DNA of 64,000 bases from an uncultured Gammaproteobacteria bacterium (GTDB lineage: Bacteria; Patescibacteriota; Patescibacteriia; UBA11705), in NCBI GenBank assembly GCA_964413735.1, contig CAYPSS010000001.1, forward strand, positions 140,679-204,678, given 5' to 3'. The position numbers and the translations under genes are program-made. This document shows, in pieces, positions 40,659 through 49,862 of this stretch (position 1 is its first letter; the number at the start of each line of letters is the position of its first letter). Below the pieces are notes generated by a model. The model made no database searches and had not been told where the DNA came from. It worked only from the letters and a program-made list of their open reading frames with translations.

Positions 40659-41831
40659 TTATTTTACTTCTTTGGTTTCTTCTGTTTCTTCCGTAGTCTC
40701 TTCTTTAACTTCTTTTTTCTTACCTTTTTTCTCGTTCATTGCTTTGAGGCTTAAACCAAGTCGATGTTCATTTGGTTCAATGGAAACAATCATGAAAGAC
40801 ATATTATCCCCGGGTTTGGCAATTTGAGTAATGTCATCCACTTGTTTATCAGATAATTCGGAAACATGAGCCAAGCCATGAATGTCTTGGTCAAGTTCGA
40901 CGAACAATCCGAATGGATTGGCTTTGATAACTTTACCTTCCACCACTTGGCCAATTTTGTATTTGCTGGCAATATCAAGCCAAGGATCATGTTGTAATTT
41001 TTTGATTGATAAGAAAATTTTTGAACCTTCAATGTTAATGATCTCGGCTTTGATAGTTTCTCCTACTTTGAATAAATCGTTTGGATCATCAATTCTTTGC
41101 CAAGCAAGTTCGGAAATATGTACCAAACCTTCCAAGTTTTCACCGAACTTAATGAAAATACCAAAGTCGGTAATCGCGGTGATGTTACCTTCTACCATGT
41201 CACCGACTTTATATTTTTCCAAAACATCGCGTTGGGTTTCTTCCCAGGCGGCTTTTTCGGAAACAATTAACTTCTCGGTTTCTTTATCAACATCTATGAC
41301 TTTTACTTCAAAGTCTGAGCCAACATAACTTTTTAATTTTTCCAAAATTTTGTTCTTATCACCACCCGGTACGCGTGGATAATGTTCTGGATTTAATTGT
41401 GAAACCGGCAAAAAGCCGTTGAGGTGATTGACTTGAACCAATAAACCACCTTTGTTGGCGTCCAAAATTCGCGCCTTGATGATTTTGTTGCTTTCTTTGT
41501 GTTGATTAAGGGTATCCCAAGCTTTTTGATTACCGGCAAAGCGGAAGGATAATTCTACCATGTCCAGTTCGTTTTCTAAATCAATAACAGTGGCTTCGAT
41601 TTCCGCGCCGACCGTTAGTTCATCGTTTTGACCTGATTCCAAGAAAAGTTCTTTTTTGCGGACAATACCGGTGGTCATTCCTTCAATATCCACCAAAACT
41701 TCGGACTTAGTAACGCTAATAATGGTTCCTTTAACCAATTGACCGACTTCCAATGGTTTGAATCCGGCTGAAGTTTTCTCCAATAGTTTTCCCATGGTAG
41801 AGTCGTCAGTGGTTTTTTTAACTGTTGTCAT
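40659..41831 (-). CDS. rpsA: 30S ribosomal protein S1 (four S1 domains)
   Basis: 390 aa; repeated S1 OB-fold motifs (GxV..I..fG.FV.......GLvH.SE). Confidence 0.85.
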   Translation of the reverse strand: MTTVKKTTDDSTMGKLLEKTSAGFKPLEVGQLVKGTIISVTKSEVLVDIEGMTTGIVRKKELFLESGQNDELTVGAEIEATVIDLENELDMVELSFRFAGNQKAWDTLNQHKESNKIIKARILDANKGGLLVQVNHLNGFLPVSQLNPEHYPRVPGGDKNKILEKLKSYVGSDFEVKVIDVDKETEKLIVSEKAAWEETQRDVLEKYKVGDMVEGNITAITDFGIFIKFGENLEGLVHISELAWQRIDDPNDLFKVGETIKAEIINIEGSKIFLSIKKLQHDPWLDIASKYKIGQVVEGKVIKANPFGLFVELDQDIHGLAHVSELSDKQVDDITQIAKPGDNMSFMIVSIEPNEHRLGLSLKAMNEKKGKKKEVKEETTEETEETKEVK

Positions 41832-42127
41832 AAAATAAAATTTCCGCTCGTAAGCGGATAATACTATAAGTAGTTAACCCGCTGTGATTATGGACAATCA
41901 CAGAGCAAGTCTCGGAGCAATTTGGCATTGTTTGGTCACCAATGTCCGAGGATTATTAATTAATGTTCTTAAAGTATAATGATTTTTTTCGTTCTTGTCA
42001 AGAGGTGAAAATAATGATGGCAACTGAAATATTTGGGGTTTTTGGGCTTGTGTTTTATCCTATATTTTGATAAAATAATTGCAGGATTATTGCGCCTTTG
42101 AATTTTTTAATAATTTAATTTCATTTT

Positions 42128-42787
42128 ATGAATATTTCATGGCTGGGGCACTCAATGTTTAAAATCAGTGAAAAAATTGATGGCAAAGAAGTGGTGGTGG
42201 TGACTGACCCTTATGACAAAGAAATCGGACTTTTCCCTCCGAAAGTTAAAGCTGATGTGGTGACTATTTCTCATGGGCATCATGATCATAATTATACGGA
42301 AAAAATCAGTGGTAATTTGGATGATGATTATATGATTTTTGATCACGCCGGAGAATATGAAACTCGGAAAGTTTTCATTACCGGAATTGAAAGTATTCAT
42401 GATGATAAATCGGGCAAGGAGCGCGGTTTAAATACTATTTTTCGCTTTGAAATTGAAGGAATGGTCGTTGTCCATTTGGGAGATTTGGGTGATAAATTAA
42501 CCGAGGAGCAAGTGGCGGCAATTGGAGATGTTGATATTTTACTTATTCCGGTTGGAGGTAAGTATACAATTGATGGAGAACAAGCGGCTCAAGTGGTGCG
42601 TCAAATTGAACCGCGAATTGTGATTCCTATGCATTATCAAATCTCGGGATTGAAAATTGATATTGCCGATGAGTCTAGATTTATCAAGGAAATGGGCGGT
42701 AAGGTGGAAAAAATGGCGAAATTGAAAATTATGCAAAAAGATTTGCCCGAGGATGATACCAAAGTTATTATTTTGGAAAAAGAATAA
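42128..42787 (+). CDS. MBL-fold metallo-hydrolase
   Basis: 219 aa; HGHHDH zinc motif (ISHGHHDHN), downstream His/Asp ligands. Confidence 0.7.
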   Translation: MNISWLGHSMFKISEKIDGKEVVVVTDPYDKEIGLFPPKVKADVVTISHGHHDHNYTEKISGNLDDDYMIFDHAGEYETRKVFITGIESIHDDKSGKERGLNTIFRFEIEGMVVVHLGDLGDKLTEEQVAAIGDVDILLIPVGGKYTIDGEQAAQVVRQIEPRIVIPMHYQISGLKIDIADESRFIKEMGGKVEKMAKLKIMQKDLPEDDTKVIILEKE

Positions 42788-42797
42788 AACAAAAAAT

Positions 42798-43280
42798 ATG
42801 GAGGATAACAAAAAATTTGATTATGATGATAGTCAAGAAATTGATCTGGAAGAAGAAGAAATTGAAGTTGATTTTGATGATCAATCATCTAAGACAAAAA
42901 ATAAAAATTTCAAGCACTCTCCAGCGCCGATCACTTGGTTGGCTTTGCTTATTGTGATTGCTTTGATCTTTTTCGGTTGGATTTATTTTACCAAGTTGCG
43001 ATTTGAGAGAATCAATGCTCAGACCAAAGTGACCGGGTTTGAAAATAATCAACAAGCGGTTAATGAAATAAGCCAATCATTAAATGAGTTGGGCTCATCT
43101 TTGCAGGAATTGGTTGGTTCGATTGATGTTGGTGAATTGCAAAAAGAAATCATTAATGAGCAATCAATTGATGAAAATAAAAATAATGGAGCGGTTGTGT
43201 CGGAAATGGCGGAAATAATCAAGGAAAATAAATTATCTGAAGAACCTGAAATGAATTTAAATAATTACGAGAATCAATAA
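42798..43280 (+). CDS. hypothetical acidic protein with one TM and coiled coil (about 160 aa from MEDNKK)
   Basis: ORF upstream of gyrA; track ORF begins earlier and overlaps the previous gene. Confidence 0.45.
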   Translation: MEDNKKFDYDDSQEIDLEEEEIEVDFDDQSSKTKNKNFKHSPAPITWLALLIVIALIFFGWIYFTKLRFERINAQTKVTGFENNQQAVNEISQSLNELGSSLQELVGSIDVGELQKEIINEQSIDENKNNGAVVSEMAEIIKENKLSEEPEMNLNNYENQ

Positions 43281-43298
43281 TTAAAAGGAAGTTTTTTT

Positions 43299-45863
43299 AT
43301 GGCCAGAATGAATAAACGAAAACCATTGAAAAAAATGGATAAAAAGGAGGAGGAAAAAAAGGTTCTTGAAATGGAGGCTGACGGTGGAAATAATGTTACT
43401 TATGATCGGATTGATAATCAACCGATTGTCAAGGAAATGCAAACTTCATACTTGGATTATGCGATGAGTGTGATTGTATCACGTGCTTTGCCCGATGTGC
43501 GTGACGGTTTGAAGCCGGTACATCGTCGTATTTTGTATGCTATGTGGAACATTGGTTTGCGTCCGAGTGCCAAATTTCGTAAATCAGCGACAGTAGTTGG
43601 TGAAGTTTTAGGTAAATACCATCCGCATGGTGATAGCGCGGTTTATGACGCAATGGTGCGTATGGCGCAAGATTTTTCCATGCGTTATCCTTTGGTTCAT
43701 GGTCAAGGTAACTTTGGCTCGATGGATGGTGATGGTGCGGCGGCCATGCGTTATACGGAAGCCAAATTGGCTGCGATTGCCGAGGAAGTAATGCGAGATA
43801 TTGATAAGGATACGGTGGATTTTGTCCCTAATTATGATGGTTCTCACAAAGAACCCAGTTTAATGCCAGCCCAATTGCCTAATTTGTTATTAAACGGTGT
43901 GGCCGGGATTGCCGTGGGAATGGCGACTAATATCCCACCTCATAACTTGCGAGAAATTTGTGCCGGTATCGAATATTTGATTGAAAATCCAAAATGTGAA
44001 GTGGAGGATTTGGTTAAATTGATTCCTGGGCCTGATTTTCCCACCGGAGGAATTATTTACAATATTAATGAAATCAAGAGCGCTTATGCTACCGGTCGTG
44101 GACGCATCATTACTCGGGCAAAAACGGAAATTGTGGAAGAAAAAGAAAATCGTTTTAATATTATTGTTAATGAAATTCCTTATCAAGTTAATAAAGCTAC
44201 TCTTTTGGAGAAAATCGCTTTGCTCGTTAAAGATAAAAAGATTGAAGGAATCAGAGATATTCGTGATGAATCGGACAAAGATGGTGTGCGTATTGTGATT
44301 GAATTGAAAAAAGAAGCCTTCCCGCAAAAAGTTCTTAATCGTTTATTTAAGTTAACTCCTTTGCAGTCAAGTTTCAGTGTTAATATGCTTGCCTTGGTGG
44401 ATGGTATCCAACCAAAAGTTTTAAATCTTAAAGAAGTTTTGGAGCATTATATCAAGCATCGTCAGGTCGTTGTTCGTCGTCGCACGGAATATGATTTGCG
44501 CAAAGCCGAGGAACGAGCCCATATTTTGGAAGGGTTGAAAATTGCCATCGATAATATTGATGCGGTAATTAAGTTGATCAAAAAGTCCAAGGATCGCGAA
44601 GAAGCGAAAAACGGTTTAATGAAACAGTTCAAATTAAGTGAACGGCAAGCGGTGGCGATTCTGGAAATGCGTTTGCAAAATTTGGCTAATTTGGAAAGAT
44701 TAAAAATCGAAAATGAATTAAAGGATAAGCGCGCCACCATAAAAGACTTGAAAGAAATTTTAAGTTCAGAAAAGAAAATTTTAAATATCATTGAAACTGA
44801 AGTTGGGGAAATGAAAGAAAAATACGGTGATGAAAGACGTACCAAAATTGTGGTGGGTGATGTGGGTGAATTTAAACAAGAAGATTTGGTGCCCAATGAA
44901 CCAACAATTGTATTTTTAACACGCGATGGTTATATCAAACGTATGCCACCGGAAACTTTCAAATCTCAAAATCGTGGTGGTAAAGGGGTGATTGGTTTGA
45001 CCACCAAAGAAGAGGATGTGGTGGATACTTTGCTTACCACTATGACGCATGATAATTTGTTGTTCTTCACTACCAAGGGTCGTGTTTTCCAATTAAAAGC
45101 TTATGATGTGCCGGTTGGCAGTAGAACGGCCAAGGGAAGTTCAATTGTAAATTTCTTATCATTGGCGCCGGGAGAAAAAGTTTCGACGATTTTGCCTTTT
45201 GATAATAAAGGGGATAAATTTAAATACTTGTTTATGGCGACTGTGCAGGGCACGGTTAAAAAAGTACCGGTAGAAGATTTCCATAATGTGCGTCGTTCCG
45301 GTTTGATTGCCATTAAATTACATCAAGATGATCGTCTCGAATGGGTAGAGCCAACAATGGGTAATGATGAAATTCAATTGGTATCTACCAAAGGCCAATC
45401 AATTCGCTTCAATGAAAAAAATGTACGTGATATGGGTCGTGCGGCAGCCGGTGTGCGTGGTGTGCGCTTAAAAGGAAATGATGAATTGGTGGGAATGGTG
45501 AAGATCGATCCTGCAACCGCTAAATCATTGCAAGTGGCGGTGGTGACGGAAAATGGCTTTGGTAAACGCAGTGAATTGCAATATTACAAGGTGCAAAATC
45601 GTGGTGGTTCGGGAATTCGTACTCAAAAAGTGACGACCAAGACCGGTAATGTGGTGAAAGCATTTAACATTAATAAAGAAGCGATTAATGAATTGGATTT
45701 GCTCGTAATTTCAGAAAAGGGACAAGTGATTCGTTTGCCATTGAAGAGCGTGCCATCATTGGGCAGAGATACTCAAGGAGTGAGAATTATGCGTTTCAAG
45801 TTAAGCAGTGATAAAATTGCTTCAGTGACATTGATTAATCAAGAAAATGAAAAAGTAGAATAA
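43299..45863 (+). CDS. gyrA: DNA gyrase subunit A
   Basis: 854 aa; active-site region [14 protein letters not shown]-like segment, C-terminal beta-pinwheel repeats; no gyrB in window. Confidence 0.95.
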   Translation: MARMNKRKPLKKMDKKEEEKKVLEMEADGGNNVTYDRIDNQPIVKEMQTSYLDYAMSVIVSRALPDVRDGLKPVHRRILYAMWNIGLRPSAKFRKSATVVGEVLGKYHPHGDSAVYDAMVRMAQDFSMRYPLVHGQGNFGSMDGDGAAAMRYTEAKLAAIAEEVMRDIDKDTVDFVPNYDGSHKEPSLMPAQLPNLLLNGVAGIAVGMATNIPPHNLREICAGIEYLIENPKCEVEDLVKLIPGPDFPTGGIIYNINEIKSAYATGRGRIITRAKTEIVEEKENRFNIIVNEIPYQVNKATLLEKIALLVKDKKIEGIRDIRDESDKDGVRIVIELKKEAFPQKVLNRLFKLTPLQSSFSVNMLALVDGIQPKVLNLKEVLEHYIKHRQVVVRRRTEYDLRKAEERAHILEGLKIAIDNIDAVIKLIKKSKDREEAKNGLMKQFKLSERQAVAILEMRLQNLANLERLKIENELKDKRATIKDLKEILSSEKKILNIIETEVGEMKEKYGDERRTKIVVGDVGEFKQEDLVPNEPTIVFLTRDGYIKRMPPETFKSQNRGGKGVIGLTTKEEDVVDTLLTTMTHDNLLFFTTKGRVFQLKAYDVPVGSRTAKGSSIVNFLSLAPGEKVSTILPFDNKGDKFKYLFMATVQGTVKKVPVEDFHNVRRSGLIAIKLHQDDRLEWVEPTMGNDEIQLVSTKGQSIRFNEKNVRDMGRAAAGVRGVRLKGNDELVGMVKIDPATAKSLQVAVVTENGFGKRSELQYYKVQNRGGSGIRTQKVTTKTGNVVKAFNINKEAINELDLLVISEKGQVIRLPLKSVPSLGRDTQGVRIMRFKLSSDKIASVTLINQENEKVE

Positions 45864-45954
45864 AGTTAATTAAATAAAAAAGAAGCTGTCAAAGCTTCTT
45901 TTTTTATATTAGAATGTAAAAATAAATTTTTTTTATTTATTTTGTTATATTTTT

Positions 45955-46320
45955 TCCTTACGAACATTTTATATCCGGTGGGTAGGAGTCCCTGGCTCTA
46001 AATATTTATAATGTTCGTAGATTGGAAAGAAACAATGATTCTGTTAAAAATAACGCCAACTTGTCATTGCGAGGAGTTCCGTGAAACGGAACGACGCGGC
46101 AATCTAAAGGATCAGTGGGCGAAACTTTTGTAGTTTCTAAATATTTTATTGTTATTTTCTGGAAACATTCTGTATCAAGTACGGGAGTAACCAAAGATTT
46201 CCGGGGCTCCATATTCGCGAGCATTGATTATATTTTGTGTAATGATAACAACAAAGACTTCCTGCCTGCTCGCCTCGCTTCGCGGGCGAAGCGGGTCGAA
46301 TAAATAACTAAACAGGTTTT
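45955..46320. ncRNA. candidate structured RNA / GC-enriched noncoding island in convergent intergenic region
   Basis: about 490-bp gap with no convincing ORF; hairpins gttccg/cggaac, gaaact/agtttc, cgcttcg/cgaagcg; 10-nt inverted repeat tacgaacatt/aatgttcgta; P4-like aaagatttccggggctccata at 46194-46214. Confidence 0.3.
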
Positions 46321-46355
46321 TTAACAAAAAAGCAGATCAGTTGATCTGCAATGTT

Positions 46356-46865
46356 TTATTGTTTGTCTTCATCTTCTACAATTCGTGCTTCTGGATGCAA
46401 ATAGGCTTGAATCACCTTGTTGATCATTTCATTCTGAGCTTTTTCGCGATCTTGTTCTTGTCTCATCCCGAGAAGCATTTGATCAAAGTAATCAATCGGC
46501 TTGATATAACGCACATCAATAATGTAGTTGTCGCAAATGGGAGAAAAAACTACCGGAGCAATCAAGTTGTCAAACCATACGAATGATACCGGATTGTCTG
46601 GATTAAGCGTCTTCAACCGTTGCTTGTTGTCTTCACTCTTTTCAACTTCATACCGCAAGGAAAATTGCTGTTGCACAGTACTTTGGTAGTTGAAGAAAAG
46701 GTATTCATTGCATGATGAATCTCTGGAAGTAGAAGTAATGGTGGTGGTAGATGAATTCCCAGATGTTGGATTTCTTGTCATGACAAAATACGCTACAATT
46801 GCAGTCAAGGCTAACCCAATCATGAAAATCACAAAATAGCTTTCATTCCTTTTACTTATTTTCAT
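46356..46865 (-). CDS. secreted/membrane-anchored hypothetical protein, paralog family E (169 aa)
   Basis: N-terminal TM/signal; shares LNP(D/Q)N.VSFV...P(V/I)...(I/M)C..Y(I/V)(I/V)D core with the two neighbours; own TTGACA-N17-TATAAT promoter and terminator. Confidence 0.5.
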   Translation of the reverse strand: MKISKRNESYFVIFMIGLALTAIVAYFVMTRNPTSGNSSTTTITSTSRDSSCNEYLFFNYQSTVQQQFSLRYEVEKSEDNKQRLKTLNPDNPVSFVWFDNLIAPVVFSPICDNYIIDVRYIKPIDYFDQMLLGMRQEQDREKAQNEMINKVIQAYLHPEARIVEDEDKQ

Positions 46866-46956
46866 AAACCCCTCTCTGTGTTTGGGGGCTATTAATTATA
46901 GTTTAAATTTGTTGATTTGTCAATAATAAAAAACGGATCATTTGATCCGTAGAATT

Positions 46957-47418
46957 TTAATTTGCCATGAGCCATTGGTAAAAATATGTTTCGCCTGCCA
47001 GTTGCGGTTCTAGTTGACTGATATACCTGGTTTTTAGCTCAATCATTTTTTGATGCAAAATTAGAAAATCATCTTTTGGTTGCCCGGCCATTAAATCAAC
47101 AATATAACCTTTACAAATTATTGAATAGTACACCGGGATGATTTGTCCGTTATGAACAACAAAGCTCACAATATTTTGTGGATTCAATAAACTCAGTCTT
47201 TGTCGATTTAAGTTGGACATTTCCAATTGATTTTTTATCATCTCTTGTTGAGCCGGGAATCCATAGCCATTTTTTTGCAAAAATGGTTCACATTGTAAAG
47301 AGCTTTGAGCATGGAGGAAAAATAATCTGGGTTGTTCACTTTGTTTTGTTAAAACACGACCCAAGGCACCGGTAAACAAAAAAATTACAATCAGTGGAAT
47401 GAGCATTAATTTTGGCAT
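46957..47418 (-). CDS. secreted/membrane-anchored hypothetical protein, paralog family E (153 aa)
   Basis: as above; promoter gttattgacaaatcaa...taaaat, SD aaaggagag. Confidence 0.5.
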   Translation of the reverse strand: MPKLMLIPLIVIFLFTGALGRVLTKQSEQPRLFFLHAQSSLQCEPFLQKNGYGFPAQQEMIKNQLEMSNLNRQRLSLLNPQNIVSFVVHNGQIIPVYYSIICKGYIVDLMAGQPKDDFLILHQKMIELKTRYISQLEPQLAGETYFYQWLMAN

Positions 47419-47512
47419 TGGCGCTCTCCTTTGTTGTTGAAGAACAAATTATTTTAGCACAAAATATTGATTTGTCAATAACAAAAAAGCGGATTGTTTA
47501 ATCCGCTTAATT

Positions 47513-48325
47513 TCATGGATGTTTGATGGCCACGCAAGTATTTGCCAGGCAGCCACTTATGGTTCCATTCTGGAGGAGGATGATTGCGTGAAAGCCGATC
47601 GATAACTTTTTCCCTTGAGTATCCAGAAGGTATTGCATGGCGCCTTGGCGACCGATGTAATACCCGAGAATTGGGTCAAAGAAAACATCATGAAAAATTT
47701 CACCATTGATTTTATACACTTCACAAGAAAAGTATTCTGTATCCTTGGTCTCGGAATTCCAGCATTGCAGTGCGGAGCTGAATCCGGGTTGGCGGTAGTA
47801 TTCTCGAGTTCCCATGTTGGCGCAAATCGGATGTTTCACTGGGTCAACCAAGCGACACCATTCATACATCACTTCGGCGTTTCTCTTAACGTTGAGTGTC
47901 AACCCATTGGGCTTAATCGGTTCGCTTTCCTTTTTCATGACTTCAAGCATGTCATGCATGTCCAAGAGTGGCATACCCTTGGCTTGGTCGATAACGTACC
48001 CTCCGCACATCGGTTGCAGGTACACCGGCATGACCTTCTGATCTACTAGAACATAGGTGCTCAGATGATCAGGATTGAGCAAATTCAGTTGTTTCATGTT
48101 TTGCGCCGATTGCTCGGCCTTTTCCTTCATTTCATGTTGCTGATTCATGGTACCCAAACCATTTTTTTGCAAATAATCACTGCAAATATGGTTGGCTCGC
48201 AGAGAATTGGTTTCAGCAATTGTTTTTTCATGGCTAGAGCTATTTAGATTGCTAACAATAGTATGTAGCAAAGTACCCAGAGAAATAATAACTAGAGAAA
48301 CAATTATGGATTTGCCAATACTCAT
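47513..48325 (-). CDS. secreted/membrane-anchored hypothetical protein, paralog family E with C-terminal Cys-rich extension (270 aa)
   Basis: as above; SD gaaggaggg; extra about 110-aa Cys-containing domain. Confidence 0.5.
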   Translation of the reverse strand: MSIGKSIIVSLVIISLGTLLHTIVSNLNSSSHEKTIAETNSLRANHICSDYLQKNGLGTMNQQHEMKEKAEQSAQNMKQLNLLNPDHLSTYVLVDQKVMPVYLQPMCGGYVIDQAKGMPLLDMHDMLEVMKKESEPIKPNGLTLNVKRNAEVMYEWCRLVDPVKHPICANMGTREYYRQPGFSSALQCWNSETKDTEYFSCEVYKINGEIFHDVFFDPILGYYIGRQGAMQYLLDTQGKKLSIGFHAIILLQNGTISGCLANTCVAIKHP

Positions 48326-48406
48326 TTATTCCCTCCTTCAAATGAGGTGAGTTTTTAATGAACAATGAATAATATCAAGTATTTTATATAAAGTCAATGT
48401 TTGGTA

Positions 48407-49366
48407 TTAAACAATTTGCCATTTATCCTTAAACAGTTGGATTTTTCCTTTGACGGTAAAGCCGGCAGCTTTGCGATGTCCGCCGCCACCGAATTGTCCG
48501 GCCAGGCGGGCGACATCGATTTCCTCATCAGTGGTTCGTAAACTGCCCTTGATCAGATTGTCTCCAGCTTGGGTTAAAACCAAAATGATTTTTGCTTCAT
48601 ATATAGAAGTCAGAAAGTTGGAGATTCCTTCTAGTGCATCATCGGGTAAATTGGCAATCGCAATATCTTCTTGCGTAATAATGGCAATGGCGATTTGATA
48701 TTCTTGATTAAAAATTAAACGATCGAAAATTTTCCCCCAAAGTTTCAGAGAATTAATGTCTTTATTTCGCCAAACTTGGTTAGTAATTTGTTTAATATTA
48801 GCACCTTGATTGAGAAGATTAGAGGCAGCACGAATTGATTCAATGGTCGTAGCGGCATTGGAAAAATAAGTGGTGTCAGTTAAAATTCCAGTCAGCAAAC
48901 AGTTGGTCATATCTTTGCTAATGGTCACATTGTTGCTTTTGAAAAGTTGATAAACAATTTCCGCGGTTGATGAGGCTTCACTCCTGATTAAATTTACTTC
49001 GCCATAATTAGTATTAGTATAATGATGATCAATATTGACAATAATGGTGCGAGGTAATTTTTCTTTGATCAAAGTTTCAATTCCGGTTTGACTTTCGGAT
49101 GCACAATCAACGGTAATTACTAAATCATAGTCCGATAGACTTAAATTTTCTTTGTCGTGGCGATAAGGTAATTGGGGTAATAAGAATTTTAGGTTGGAAG
49201 GAATTTGGTCAACACAAAAACCGGTCGCTTGCTTGTTTTTTTCTTTTAAATAAACAAGCCAAGCGCCGGCCGAGCCAAGAGTATCGCCATCCGGTTTGCG
49301 GTGCGAGAGTACCAGAATATTATGGCTTTGATTGATTAAGGAAAAAATTTTTTCTTCCACGAGCAT
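48407..49366 (-). CDS. nrnA: DHH/DHHA1 phosphoesterase (NrnA-like nanoRNase / pAp phosphatase)
   Basis: 319 aa; DHH motif NIDHHYTN, DHHA1 GGGH motif FGGGGHRKAAG. Confidence 0.75.
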   Translation of the reverse strand: MLVEEKIFSLINQSHNILVLSHRKPDGDTLGSAGAWLVYLKEKNKQATGFCVDQIPSNLKFLLPQLPYRHDKENLSLSDYDLVITVDCASESQTGIETLIKEKLPRTIIVNIDHHYTNTNYGEVNLIRSEASSTAEIVYQLFKSNNVTISKDMTNCLLTGILTDTTYFSNAATTIESIRAASNLLNQGANIKQITNQVWRNKDINSLKLWGKIFDRLIFNQEYQIAIAIITQEDIAIANLPDDALEGISNFLTSIYEAKIILVLTQAGDNLIKGSLRTTDEEIDVARLAGQFGGGGHRKAAGFTVKGKIQLFKDKWQIV

Positions 49367-49408
49367 AGTTAAGGTTGATGGACAAGCGACATCGGAGATA
49401 AGTTTGTT

Positions 49409-49744
49409 TTAAGAATTGGCTTCATCAATTATTTCATTAATGGTGCTGACGCGTTCTTGCGTATCATCAATTTTGAAGTGAACGCGTGGGGTGAACTTCA
49501 TTTTTATAACTTTACCCAATTCTTTTTGGATTAAGCCTTTGTGTCTGATAATAAAACCTAAGGCTTCTTGGCTTTTATTAAAAGGCAAGACACTAATTCG
49601 GGCGCAAGCGGTTTTCAGATCCGGCGCCGTGGAAACATTAACAATGGTTACAAAAAATTCAATCGGGAATTCCAATTCTCGCGAAAAAATTTCCGCTAAT
49701 TTTTTTTGGAGTAAGCTGTTAATTTGAAGAATTCGCTCTGACAT
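49409..49744 (-). CDS. rbfA: ribosome-binding factor A
   Basis: 111 aa; KH-like RbfA sequence (...ELGKVIKMKFTPRVHFKIDD). Confidence 0.8.
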   Translation of the reverse strand: MSERILQINSLLQKKLAEIFSRELEFPIEFFVTIVNVSTAPDLKTACARISVLPFNKSQEALGFIIRHKGLIQKELGKVIKMKFTPRVHFKIDDTQERVSTINEIIDEANS

Positions 49745-49862
49745 AAAATAAGTTAAGGTTAATAATCAAGTTTAGGTTATTGTATCATATTTGTCAATTA
49801 TTGCGGATTCTTGAATATCAATATGTGTATTTTCAGTATTAAAATTGAAATTTTTCTCATAA

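Noticed and set aside
45959-46019. CGAAC...GTTCG inverted repeat resembling LexA/Cheo-box half-sites
   Set aside because: The half-sites are separated by 41 nt rather than 4, and the site is in a convergent 3' intergenic region, not upstream of a gene. More likely an RNA hairpin.
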